Positions 9,742 through 19,500 of a stretch of 58,576 nt of DNA are shown in pieces. Both the position numbers and the translations under genes were made by a program. Under the pieces are notes generated by a model that worked only from the letters and a program-made list of their open reading frames with translations, searched no databases and was not told the origin of the DNA. Origin of the DNA: Rhodothermales bacterium (GTDB lineage: Bacteria > Bacteroidota > Rhodothermia > Rhodothermales > JANQRZ01); assembly GCA_038232935.1 (NCBI GenBank), contig JBBSMX010000006.1, positions 1-58,576 of the forward strand, given 5' to 3'. Each line of letters opens with the position of its first letter. The first letter of the stretch is position 1.

Positions 9742-11571
9742 GTGGAACATCGAAGAGCTACCCGGACGAGGCTAGTTGGGGCGACCAACGCGAGGCGGGT
9801 GGCACCCTCCACGAGGGCGAGTTCAACCGTTGCCCGGCTCGTTACTCCCACCGAGCGATCCCAACGAGCGCTCGGCAACCAGGCCTATGGGCACTTTATC
9901 CAGGCCAAGCTGGAGGTGAACCGCCCCGGTGATCGGTACGAGCGGGAGGCCGACCGCATGGCCGACCAGGTAATGCGTAGGCCCGAATCAGACTTCGGAG
10001 CGGGTAGGGCAGCCACGACACCGACCTCGCATGTCCACGTCCAACGTGCGTGCGCGGGGTGCGAGAATGAAGAGGAGCCCGTACGACGGAAGCCCCTCGC
10101 GTCGCAGATATCGCCGTTGGTACAGCGCCAAGTCAACAGCGAGGAGACGGCTCTAAGACCGGAGGTGGCAACGCAGGTCGAGGCGCTCGAAGGCAGAGGC
10201 CGGCCCTTGTCGGGGGTGGAGCGGGCCTATTTCGAGCCTCGCTTCGGGGTCGATTTCGGCCGGGTGCGTCTGCACGCGGGAGGCGAGGCATCCCAGACCG
10301 CGCGGGCGTTGGGCGCGCGCGCGTTCACAGTAGGAGAGCATGTGGCCTTTGGGTCGGGCGAGTATGCGCGGGAGACGGCGGCAGGCCGGCGGCTGATGGC
10401 GCACGAGCTGACGCACGTGGTCCAGCAAGGCGCCTCGCCTTCTGGCTTCGCCCCGCACGCCTTGCCCGTCCAGCGGCAGCCGAGCGGTGGGCAGGACGCC
10501 GCCTCCGGTGTCACGGCGCAAGACATATTCCCGGTGCCACAGGGAAGCCGCGTGGTCTTGGGGCGGATCATGCCGAACACGCAGTTCGCGCTGTTGTCCC
10601 GGTTCGATCCACAGACCGCTGCGGCCTTGCGCGTCATGGACGGCCAGGAGGCGGTCGTTACGACCGCCACGCCCGACCTGTTCGAGGCGACGATCGCGGG
10701 TCCTGTCACTCTGCCGGCAGCGCGGGAACAGCCGGAGCGGACGCTGCGCGACATCACGCTCCGCCTTCAGCGTTCGGGCGGGACGTTCGACTTCGGCTTG
10801 TCAGCCACGGAGGGCGAGCAAACCACGCCGGTCACGCTGATGGCGTACTCGGGCTTGACGGCGCGGCGAGAGGAGGGGGGAATCGTGCTGTCGTCGGGCA
10901 CGGGTCCTGATTTGACACCCCTCCTGCGTGCTACGTCCAGCGCGCCGGGTCAGGCTCAGCTATCCGTTTTTACGGCCTCGTTCCTGAGCCAGGTGCCAGA
11001 GTGGGCGCGCCGTTTGGTTCCGGCGTCGATAGAGGTTCTCGGTCTGCGCCAACTGCCACCGGCCGCCACGCGAGCCGAAGCCCAGGAGGCTGCCGCGTCG
11101 ATGACGGCAGGCCGCAATGTGCGCCGTCAGCAGCTCAGCCTGAGCGCGGGCGTTCAGGTCGCGGGCGAGCAGGTTGCCCCGCTGTTGACTACTTCCTGGC
11201 GCATGCGATTCCCGGTCACGGAGGGGGTGGTGGGGCAGTTCGTGCATATTCCTCTGGAAGTCCAGCTCCAGTATGCCCCCGACACGACGGTGCTGGCGCA
11301 CCTCACCTCTGGAGTAACCGGGAGCCTGGCCCCACTCGAAATCCCCCTCAACCTGACGATCTTAGCTGGTGTGGCCGGAGGACAAGTCGAAGTGCCGGTC
11401 GGGCCGGCCGTGACAGAGCCGCGCGGGGCCTTCGGCATCACCGCTGGCGCAGGGGCGGAGCTCGAACTGGGAGTCTTTCGCGTTCACGCCCGCTACGAGC
11501 ACGTGTTTAACCTCATCGAAAGCGGTCCGAATGTCAATAATTTTACGCTCGGAGCCGGCGTGGCCTTCTGA
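9742..11571 (+). CDS. DUF4157 (eCIS core) domain protein, putative effector 2
   Basis: ALGNQAYGHFIQAKLEVNRPGDRYEREAD, YFEPRFGVDFGRVRLH, ARAFTVG, MAHELTHV; C-terminal amphipathic beta strands ending FTLGAGVAF. Confidence 0.8.
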   Translation: MEHRRATRTRLVGATNARRVAPSTRASSTVARLVTPTERSQRALGNQAYGHFIQAKLEVNRPGDRYEREADRMADQVMRRPESDFGAGRAATTPTSHVHVQRACAGCENEEEPVRRKPLASQISPLVQRQVNSEETALRPEVATQVEALEGRGRPLSGVERAYFEPRFGVDFGRVRLHAGGEASQTARALGARAFTVGEHVAFGSGEYARETAAGRRLMAHELTHVVQQGASPSGFAPHALPVQRQPSGGQDAASGVTAQDIFPVPQGSRVVLGRIMPNTQFALLSRFDPQTAAALRVMDGQEAVVTTATPDLFEATIAGPVTLPAAREQPERTLRDITLRLQRSGGTFDFGLSATEGEQTTPVTLMAYSGLTARREEGGIVLSSGTGPDLTPLLRATSSAPGQAQLSVFTASFLSQVPEWARRLVPASIEVLGLRQLPPAATRAEAQEAAASMTAGRNVRRQQLSLSAGVQVAGEQVAPLLTTSWRMRFPVTEGVVGQFVHIPLEVQLQYAPDTTVLAHLTSGVTGSLAPLEIPLNLTILAGVAGGQVEVPVGPAVTEPRGAFGITAGAGAELELGVFRVHARYEHVFNLIESGPNVNNFTLGAGVAF

Positions 11572-11649
11572 AACTCGGCGCGGGGGTGCACCATGTATAG
11601 CCTCCGGCGGGACAGCTTCACCGATAGGTCAGGCGAGGATAGGATGCCG

Positions 11650-12057
11650 TCAGCGGCGGTTTGGGTTGGCTTCCGTCGCCATCAGGATGCGGAGGCCGAC
11701 GGCGCGGGCGGCGCTCGCCACAGCAGCGAACTGGCCGACGGTGGCCGCCTCGTCGGCGCGGAGGATGAGGGCGTCTTTGCCTTCGCTCGCAGCCTGGAGT
11801 GCCGGGAGCAGCTCGGCCTCCGGCGTCACGTCCGCCCCGACGTAGTACAGCCCGTCCTCGGTGATCGTGACGGTGACGGAGGCGTCCTCGGTCGGCGCGC
11901 CGGCTTCGACCTGGGGGAGCGTCACCTGGATGCCATACTGCGTGACGAACGAGCTCGTCAGCAGGAAGAAGATCAGCAGGAGCAGCACGATGTCCGTCAG
12001 CCCGGCGAGGCTGAAGACGGAGAGGGGCCTGCGGCCGGAGGAGAAGTCGAGGGGCAT
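11650..12057 (-). CDS. exbD: ExbD/TolR family biopolymer transport protein
   Basis: LTDIVLLLLIFFLLTSSF TM with conserved Asp; LILRADE motif. Confidence 0.9.
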   Translation of the reverse strand: MPLDFSSGRRPLSVFSLAGLTDIVLLLLIFFLLTSSFVTQYGIQVTLPQVEAGAPTEDASVTVTITEDGLYYVGADVTPEAELLPALQAASEGKDALILRADEAATVGQFAAVASAARAVGLRILMATEANPNRR

Positions 12058-12060
12058 GGG

Positions 12061-12783
12061 CTACACCGTTGCGCGGCGGCGCTCGTGCGTGTCCGTCGGC
12101 GTCTGGAGCAGGTCGATGAACTCGGTGGCGACGCGCTCCATCTCGTTGACGGATCGGCCGATCCGGTTGAGCAGGAAGTTGTACGCGAAGAGGGCGATGA
12201 TGCCAACGGCGAGGCCGGCGGCCGTCGTCACGAGGGCTTCCCAGATGCCGCTGGCGAGGACGCTCGGGTTCACGTTCCCCTGCATCGCCTGGATCTGCTG
12301 GAACGCGGAGATCATCCCGAGCACGGTCCCGAGGAAGCCGAGCAGGGGCGCGATGGCGGCGGACGAGGCGAGCAGGTCGGTCCGCTTCTCTAGCTCGTAC
12401 GTCTCGTGCTTGCCGGCGGCCTGCACGGCCTCGCGGATCTCCACGATGGGCCGGCCGAGCCGCTCGAGCCCGCGCTGGAGGATGCGGGCGATGGGCGTCG
12501 AGTGCGCCTTGCAGTACCCGACGGCCCCGCTCACGTCGCCGGAGCGGACGTAGTCGGCCACCGTCTCCATAAACCGTTGTGGGTCCGTCCTCGTGCGGCG
12601 CAGCACGAGCCACCGCTCCACGAAGAGGTACACCGTCAGGAGTGAGAGGAGGGCGATGGGGACCATCACCCACCCGCCCTTCGTGAGGATGTCGAGGAGC
12701 GACAGGGAGGTTTCGACGGGCAGCGGCGCGGCGAGCGTGTCGGGCGGCAGGGCCGTGACCTCTTGGAGGAGAGCGAGCGTCAT
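12061..12783 (-). CDS. exbB: MotA/TolQ/ExbB proton channel family protein
   Basis: GGWVMVPI, APLLGFLGTVLGMI, GIWEALVTTAAGL motifs; ATG at 12783 chosen. Confidence 0.9.
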   Translation of the reverse strand: MTLALLQEVTALPPDTLAAPLPVETSLSLLDILTKGGWVMVPIALLSLLTVYLFVERWLVLRRTRTDPQRFMETVADYVRSGDVSGAVGYCKAHSTPIARILQRGLERLGRPIVEIREAVQAAGKHETYELEKRTDLLASSAAIAPLLGFLGTVLGMISAFQQIQAMQGNVNPSVLASGIWEALVTTAAGLAVGIIALFAYNFLLNRIGRSVNEMERVATEFIDLLQTPTDTHERRRATV

Positions 12784-12790
12784 AGGGGGA

Positions 12791-14518
12791 TTAGAGGCGG
12801 AGGAGCCAGGTATCGGCGGGGACGCCGGCGGGGAGGGTGGAGCGGAAGCGGTCGGCCTCGGCGGTCGAGCCGAACTGGCCGAGGGCGACGCGGTAGCGTG
12901 TCCGCCCCCCGGCTTCCTCGGCAATCACGTCGGTGCGGAAGCCCTGCTCGCGGAACGCGGCCACCCGACGCTCGGCCGGGGCGCGGGAAAACTCGGAGGC
13001 GACGATCCATGAGAACCCGCCCGCTGCGCGGTCGATGCCTGCCGTGCTGCGGAGCGGATCGGAGGAGGGAGGGGGCGCGGGCGGCGGCTCGGCCGCGGCG
13101 ACCGTATCCGCGGGGACCACGGCGCTCGTCGTCGTATCGGCCGGCGGGGGTAGGGCCGCTACGGTGTCTGCGGGAACGGGCCGGCGCTCGGCGACGGTCG
13201 GCCCGGCGGGCTCACGGCTGAGGAACCACAGCAACGCGACGAGGCCAATCAGGAGCACGGCGACGGTCCCGATCACGAGACGGGCGGTGCCGCCCCGCTG
13301 CCGCCCGGCGGGTTTACGCTTGGCCGAGTTGGCGGCGGTTGCGGCGGCAGCGGTGGCCGCGACGGCGGGCGCTAGCGGACGGCTCTCAGCCGGCTTGGCG
13401 GGGTGCGTGGCCGGCGGTTCGGGTGCGGAGACGGGAGGCGGATCTTCCGCCAGCATCGCCGGAGTTTCCTCGAACACTGCAGGATCGATCCCGTCGAGTT
13501 CCGTCTCGTTGCGTGCTGTTGCTTCGGCCTCGTCCTCCTCGAACTTGGTTGTGTCAAACCCGACCCGATAGAGCGCTGCTGCGTCGAGGTCCGCTTCGCT
13601 GAGCTCGGCCTCGTCCTCAGGGTCTGCTGCATCGCGTTCCGTCTCGCCGAACGCTGGTTCGTCCTCGGCGCTGTCGAACGCAAGTGCTTCGGCTTCCTCG
13701 GCTTCTACTTCGTCAGACTCGAACTCGTCTTCGGGTTCGGCCTGGAGTTCCGGCTCCTCGTCTGATTCGGCGACGGAGTGGTCCGCGCCCTCCATCTCGT
13801 CATCCAGCATCGAGCTGAGGGCGTGCTCTTCGCCCGTCGTCTCGGAGGCCCACGTTCCTGCCAGCAGCGCGTCGGGCTCCGCTTCGTCCTCCAGGGGCGA
13901 ATCCTCGTTCGGGCCGGGCTCCTCCGGGATAGGCTCTTCGCGTGGCTCGGGGCTTTCGTAGGGTGGGAGGCTGGCTTCCAGCGGCTCGTGCTCCGCAGCG
14001 ACATCCGCATCGGACTCTTCCAACTCGGGCTGATCGACCGATTCCTCCGTCTCGATGTCTTCGATGGCCTCCGTCAGTTCGGCGTCGTCGGCCGCGTCCT
14101 CCGGTTCAGGCTGATCGAGTTCGATGAACGCTTCGATTGGCTGGAACTCGGCGTCGGGAGTCTCTTCGATCTCGGGTTCTTCGATCATCTCCACGCGCGC
14201 GGCGGCCGACGGTGACTCGGCGGCGAAGGGGTCTTCGGGCTCGGGGAGCTTAGGTGCTCTCGGAGAAGGGGCCGGACTCGCCGTGATGGGGCGGAGCCCG
14301 GCGTACCGGTGGTTGACGGCGCGGGCGAGGGCGTCTTCGGGGGTGAAGGAGAGCCGATCATCCACCTCGTAGAACGTGCCGAGGCCGGGCACGGCCGCCT
14401 CGCCCGTCGCCTCGATCTGTTCCCGCAGCGTGGCGACGAGGTGGTTGAGGGTGTAGCGTGCAGCGTCCGGCGAGAGGTTCAGGGCGCGGGCAAGCTGTGT
14501 GACGAGGGCATCGGCCAT
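12791..14518 (-). CDS. HU-like N-domain, acidic linker, single TM, C-terminal SPOR domain protein
   Basis: VPGLGTF...LSFTPEDALARAVN (HU-like); long E/D/P-rich linker; TM VIGTVAVLLIGLVALLWFL; C-terminal YRVALGQF...AEA SPOR pattern. Confidence 0.8.
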   Translation of the reverse strand: MADALVTQLARALNLSPDAARYTLNHLVATLREQIEATGEAAVPGLGTFYEVDDRLSFTPEDALARAVNHRYAGLRPITASPAPSPRAPKLPEPEDPFAAESPSAAARVEMIEEPEIEETPDAEFQPIEAFIELDQPEPEDAADDAELTEAIEDIETEESVDQPELEESDADVAAEHEPLEASLPPYESPEPREEPIPEEPGPNEDSPLEDEAEPDALLAGTWASETTGEEHALSSMLDDEMEGADHSVAESDEEPELQAEPEDEFESDEVEAEEAEALAFDSAEDEPAFGETERDAADPEDEAELSEADLDAAALYRVGFDTTKFEEDEAEATARNETELDGIDPAVFEETPAMLAEDPPPVSAPEPPATHPAKPAESRPLAPAVAATAAAATAANSAKRKPAGRQRGGTARLVIGTVAVLLIGLVALLWFLSREPAGPTVAERRPVPADTVAALPPPADTTTSAVVPADTVAAAEPPPAPPPSSDPLRSTAGIDRAAGGFSWIVASEFSRAPAERRVAAFREQGFRTDVIAEEAGGRTRYRVALGQFGSTAEADRFRSTLPAGVPADTWLLRL

Positions 14519-14521
14519 GGC

Positions 14522-14743
14522 TCAGGCGTGGGAGGGTTCTGGCGCGGGCTCGAAGACGACGACGTCGGCGGGGGGCTGGAGCACCCGCTGTCCGTCTTCC
14601 AACTCGGTGACGCGGCTGGGATCGTGTTGGACCATGAACGTGCCGAGGCCGGGTACGGTTACGCCGTCACGGCGCATCAGGCGCTCACGGACGGCTTCGC
14701 CGAAGGCACGGAGTACGTCGTCGGTGACGGTGTCGGGCAACAT
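14522..14743 (-). CDS. Small HU-like DNA-binding protein
   Basis: MLPDTVTDDVLRAFGEAVRERL...VTVPGLGTF...PPADVVVFEP; 73 aa. Confidence 0.75.
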   Translation of the reverse strand: MLPDTVTDDVLRAFGEAVRERLMRRDGVTVPGLGTFMVQHDPSRVTELEDGQRVLQPPADVVVFEPAPEPSHA

Positions 14744-14793
14744 CGGGGCGTAGGGGTTAGGCGTCTGCGGGAGAATACGAAACGGGAGCGAGG

Positions 14794-16569
14794 TTACCAC
14801 TGCACGCGGAGGCCGGCCAACACGGTCGCCGGGGGGCGCGGGTAGCCGGGCCACTGCTCGGCGCGACCCGCGAGGCGCTCGGCGCGCAGGAGCGCCCCGA
14901 AGCCGGGCACGAACAGGTAGTGGGCTTCGGCGTCGAGCGTGGCCCATGCGGCGGCGTCCTCGCCGTCGGTTTCCGTCGGGCGGGTGCTCTCGGCGGTGCC
15001 GGTGGCCTGCACGAGGCCGCGCCCGTCTGCGAACGGCATCGCCACCGACAGCCGGCCGACGACGGGCGCAAAATAAGGGATATCCCCGCCGTCGTTACCG
15101 AGCGAGCCGGAGCGGGCCTCGGCCCCGAGCGTGAAACGGAGGCCGTTCGGGGCGTAGAGCGTAACCGTGCCGCCGCCGCGGATGACGGTGGCCTCGCCGT
15201 AGAGGGCGTCGTAGAGGCCGGCCGTGGTGCCGGTCGCCACGCGGTTGAAGTAGAGGGTGACCGGGCTGTAGCGCGCGCCGCCGTACACGGTGAAGCGGAC
15301 CGTCCGGCTCTGAATCTCCAGCCCGCCCTCGCCGTTGAGCACGTGGATATCGGGGGCTACGAACGGCTCGGGGACGGCGTACGGGTTCTCGCGGAACAGC
15401 CCGGCGAGGCCGCGGCGCTCCACCTCCGGCTCGTTCCGGATGAAGAGCAGCGTTGTGGGCGAGAGCGGCGCTTCGAAGACGACGACTGGGCCGACGTTCT
15501 GGCTGGAGCCGCCGCCGTTGAGCGCGGAGGCGTCGTACCCGAGGAAGCGCGCGCCCACGTCGAGCAGGCCGCCGCCGACCTGCAGGCGCAGCGTGCCGCC
15601 CGCGCTGTACGCCTTCAGACTCTCCCCGATGCCTTCGTCGCCGAGCCCGGACAGTGCCCCAGCCGCGTCGGCGCGGACGCGGTCGATCTGTACGTGGCCG
15701 CCCGCCTCGAACCGCGTCTCCGCCTGGTTGAACTGGTCGAAAAAGCCCTCCGGCAGAACGACGTCGGGCGTGCCGTCAGGTAAGACGATGGCGTAGTCGG
15801 TCGATGCGAAGCGCGCGTCCACGCCAAAGGGTACCCGGTCCGGTGCGTCGGAGGTGACGGAGATGCCGCCGCCCACCGTCCGGCCCCTTCGATTCGGCTG
15901 TGGGGCGAGTATGGTGGGGAAGTCGGTACCGATGAGCCGGTAGCGCTGGTAGTCGCCGCCGAGATCGAAGCCGAAGCGGGTGGGGCCGGGCGTGGTGTAG
16001 GCGATCCGCCCGTCGAGCACGTCGGAGCGTGCGTCGAAGTCCTCGTCGTCCGCGAACGGCTGGAAGCTGGAGAAGCCCGAGTAGTTGGCGTCCACACCCA
16101 ATCCGCCGGCGCTGAGGGTGAACCGCCCGAGCCGGCTGAGGTAGCGCCCGAAGCCGGCGTCGATCCGGCCCGTCAGCGGCGAGAGCGTGGCGATGTCGGG
16201 CGGCGCGGGCTCTGCGAGCGGGTCGGCCGGGAGGTCGTCAATGTTCTGCGCGTAGGGGGCGACGTAGGTCTGCCGGCTGCCGGGGACGACGTAGGTGCGC
16301 GGCGGCGGGGCGAACCCGCGCAGCGGCTGGCGCTCGAGGTTGGGGAGGGAGATCTGGAGGTCGCCGCGGATCTCGAACGCGCGCGGCGTGAGGTCCGGCA
16401 GCCGCTCCGCGCCCGGCTGCGCGAGGGCGGCGGTGGGGAGGAGGAAGAGGAGGAGAGCGGATAGAAGAGGGAGGGTAGAGGATGAACGATAGCAACCCAT
16501 TCTCCATCGTCCGTTCTCCATCGGCCATCCTCTCTCGCGTCCGTTCATCTGGTTTCCGGATGTCTGCAT
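14794..16569 (-). CDS. Outer-membrane beta-barrel protein (TonB-dependent receptor-like)
   Basis: Signal peptide LLSALLLFLLPTAALAQ; amphipathic strands; C-terminal GLRVQW; start overlaps upstream stop (TAATG); in TPR-ExbBD operon. Confidence 0.7.
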   Translation of the reverse strand: MQTSGNQMNGRERGWPMENGRWRMGCYRSSSTLPLLSALLLFLLPTAALAQPGAERLPDLTPRAFEIRGDLQISLPNLERQPLRGFAPPPRTYVVPGSRQTYVAPYAQNIDDLPADPLAEPAPPDIATLSPLTGRIDAGFGRYLSRLGRFTLSAGGLGVDANYSGFSSFQPFADDEDFDARSDVLDGRIAYTTPGPTRFGFDLGGDYQRYRLIGTDFPTILAPQPNRRGRTVGGGISVTSDAPDRVPFGVDARFASTDYAIVLPDGTPDVVLPEGFFDQFNQAETRFEAGGHVQIDRVRADAAGALSGLGDEGIGESLKAYSAGGTLRLQVGGGLLDVGARFLGYDASALNGGGSSQNVGPVVVFEAPLSPTTLLFIRNEPEVERRGLAGLFRENPYAVPEPFVAPDIHVLNGEGGLEIQSRTVRFTVYGGARYSPVTLYFNRVATGTTAGLYDALYGEATVIRGGGTVTLYAPNGLRFTLGAEARSGSLGNDGGDIPYFAPVVGRLSVAMPFADGRGLVQATGTAESTRPTETDGEDAAAWATLDAEAHYLFVPGFGALLRAERLAGRAEQWPGYPRPPATVLAGLRVQW

Positions 16570-19500
16570 TACCGTTCGCGTTGGGCCGTAGCGGCGGCGG
16601 GGGTGTCGGGGTAGGCGGCGATCACGCGCTGGTAGGCTTCGTCGGCGCGGCCGGACTCGCCGAGGCGGCGGAAGGCGCGGGCGCGGACGAGGAGCGCATC
16701 GGCCACTTCTTCGGGGTAACCGGCGAAGCGGTTCTCCACGTCGAGTCGGTCGAGGGCGGCGAGGACGCCCTGCATATCGCCCTGCGCGAAGAGGGCTTCG
16801 GCGAGGCGGACGACGGCTTCGGCCCCCGCCGCGTCTGTGTTGGTGGCGGCGAGGTCGCGGTAGAACTCCACCGCGTCGTCAGCGCGGCCCTGGGCTTCGA
16901 GTGCACGGGCGAGACCGAGCCCGGCCCGGTCGGCGAGGGGTGTGTTCGGCACCGACTCGATCACCGCCCCGAAGAGCGCTTCAGCGTCCGTGACGCGGCC
17001 GAGCCCGAGGAGCGTTTCGGCCTCCCCGAGCCGGGCTTCGGCCCCGGCCTCCGGCGTGGCCGCCTCGTCGGCGAGCGAGCGGAAGAGTGTGAGGGCGTCG
17101 GCGTAGCGTTCCGCGTCGAGGTAGAGCGTGCCGAGGCGGGCGCTGGCCTCGGGCCGCACGCTCGCGTTCGGGTACCGCTCGATCACGCGCCGGAGGAACG
17201 GCTCGGCTTCGCGCGGCTGGCCGAGATCGGCGTAGGCGCGGCCGACGTAGAGGTTCGCCGCCGCGATCAGGGCGTCGTCCTGCGCCGTGCGGATGAAGCT
17301 CTGAAAGGCCGTGATGGCCTCGCGGAGGTTCCCGCTCTGGAACGCCCCCTCGGCCTGCCGGAAGCGCAGCTCGTCGAGCACCGCCGCGTCGGGGTTCTGC
17401 TCGGCATATTGCTGCACGATCTCGTCGAGCTGGTACTCATCGCCCTGGGCGGTGAGGGAATATTGGACGCCCGAGAGCGCGTCCACGACGAACGGGCTGT
17501 TCGGGTAGCGGTCGAGCACGGCGCGGTAGGCGGCGGTGGCCTCGCGGAGCTTACCCTGGTTGTAGAGCGCGTCGCCGATGCCGTACTGCGCCTTCGGCGC
17601 GAGCGGCGAGCCGGGGTACCGATCGAGTACGACGCGGTAGTCCGCAATCGCACGGTCGTAGTTGCCCTGCTGGAAGGCGAGTGCGCCCTTCGCGTACTGC
17701 GCCTGCGCCCGCAGTGACGATTCCGGATACTGGCTCAGCAGGCGGTCGTAGGCGGCGACGGCCTGGGCAGCGCGGCCCGCATTCCCGTGGGCCTGGCCGA
17801 TCTGGAAGAGGGCGTAGTCCGCGCCGCCGACCGTCGTGTCCTCGATCCGCTGGTACGTGACAATCGCGTCGTCGAAGCGCTTGAGGGCGAAGTAGGCGTC
17901 GGCGAGGCGGAGGCGGGCGTCGGTGGTGTAGGGGACGATCTCGCTGCCGGGGCGGTACGAGGCGAGGAAGCGCTCGAAGGCCGTGGCGGCGCGGGCGTAG
18001 TCGCCGCGCTTGAAGAGGGTCCACGCGAGGGCGTAGCGGGCGGCGTCCTGCTGGCGGTGATCGGGGAATTTTTGCAGGAAGTCGGCGAAGAGGGTTTCGG
18101 CACGCTGGAGGGCGGCGGCGTTGCCGGCCTGTCCTTCCTGAAACGAGGCCTCGGCCGCCCAGAACAACGTCTCGCCCGCGCGTGGGCCGCTCGGGTTGCG
18201 CTGGAAGATCCGCTGAAGCTGGCTGGCCGCCTCGGCGTACTGGCCCGCGAGGTAGAGGTTGTAGCCCTGCTGGAAGGCTACCTCGCCGCTCAGTTCGGCC
18301 GAAGCGGTGCCGAGCGCTTCGGCCCGCTCGTTCGCGCGCTGCGCCTTCCGGTAGTCGCCGAGCGCGGCGTAGGTCTCGCCGAGCATCCGCGCGGCCTCAC
18401 CGGCGAAGGCGGAGGTCGGGTAGCGCTCGAGCAGCTGGTCGAACGACTGGGCGGCCTCGTCCCACCGGCGGACGCCGTAGAGCAGGACCCCGCGCTCGAA
18501 GAGGGCCGCGTCCGCGAACGGGCTCTCCGGCCGGCGGAGGTGGACGGCTTCGAGCCGCCGCGCTGCCTCGTCGATCTGCCCGAGCCGTTTGAGCGCGAGC
18601 CCTTCGTAGTACGTCGCCTCGGCGGCGAGGTCGTCGAAATCGGTTTCGGGCCACTGCCGGACGGCGCTGTAGTTGTCTGCTGCGTTAGTCCAGTTCTCCT
18701 GCTCCCACGCGATGCGTGCCTGCCCGAAGCGGGCGCGGCGGGCGTAAAGGCCGGTGGCGTCGATCTGCGCGAAGTACGCCTCGGCCTCAGTCAGCCGGTC
18801 GAGGCGGAGGGCGGCTTCGCCGAGGAGGAAGAGGGCGCGGTCGCGGGTCGGGCCGGAGAGGTCGGGGAGGCGGCGCTCGCCCTCGGTGATGGCGCGGTCG
18901 TACTGCCCGGTGCGGAGGTACGCGTCGGTGAGGGCGAGGCCGACGCGGCGGTCCTCGGGCGTCCGGCTGTAGCGGGAGGCGAGTTGACCGAAGGCGTCGG
19001 CGGCCTCGGCGTAGCGGCCCCGCTCGAACTCGGCGAAGCCGACGGCATAGAGCGCCTGCGGCGCGGCGAGGGAGCGGGGATACTCGGCGGAGACGCGGCC
19101 GAGGTAGGCGAGGGCAGCGTCGGGGCGGTCCTGCCGGAGGGAGGTCTGGCCCATGAGCAGGAGCGCGCGGGCGGCGTCTTCGGGCGGCTGCTCCTCTTCG
19201 AGCGCTTCGGAGAGCGCGTCGAGCGCCCGGTCGTACTGCTCGGTGGCGAAGTAGTACTCGCCGAGGGCGAGGCGGGCGCGGGGCGCGAGCGGATGCGCCG
19301 GGTAGCGGGCGCGGAAATCGGCGAGGAGCTGGGCTGCGGTCGCGTCGTCGCCTACGGCGAGGGCGGCCTCGCCGCCGTAGAACAGGGCGTCGGGGGTGAG
19401 CGGGTCGTTCGGGTACGCGGCGCGAAAGGTGGCGAACGCGCGCTCGGCCTCCCCGAACAGGCGGGCGTCGAAGAGGGCGTACGCGTCGGCGAAGGCGATC

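Noticed and set aside
1-11571. Intact prophage
   Set aside because: No capsid, portal, terminase, lysis or integrase genes in view; DUF4157/DUF6519 point to eCIS
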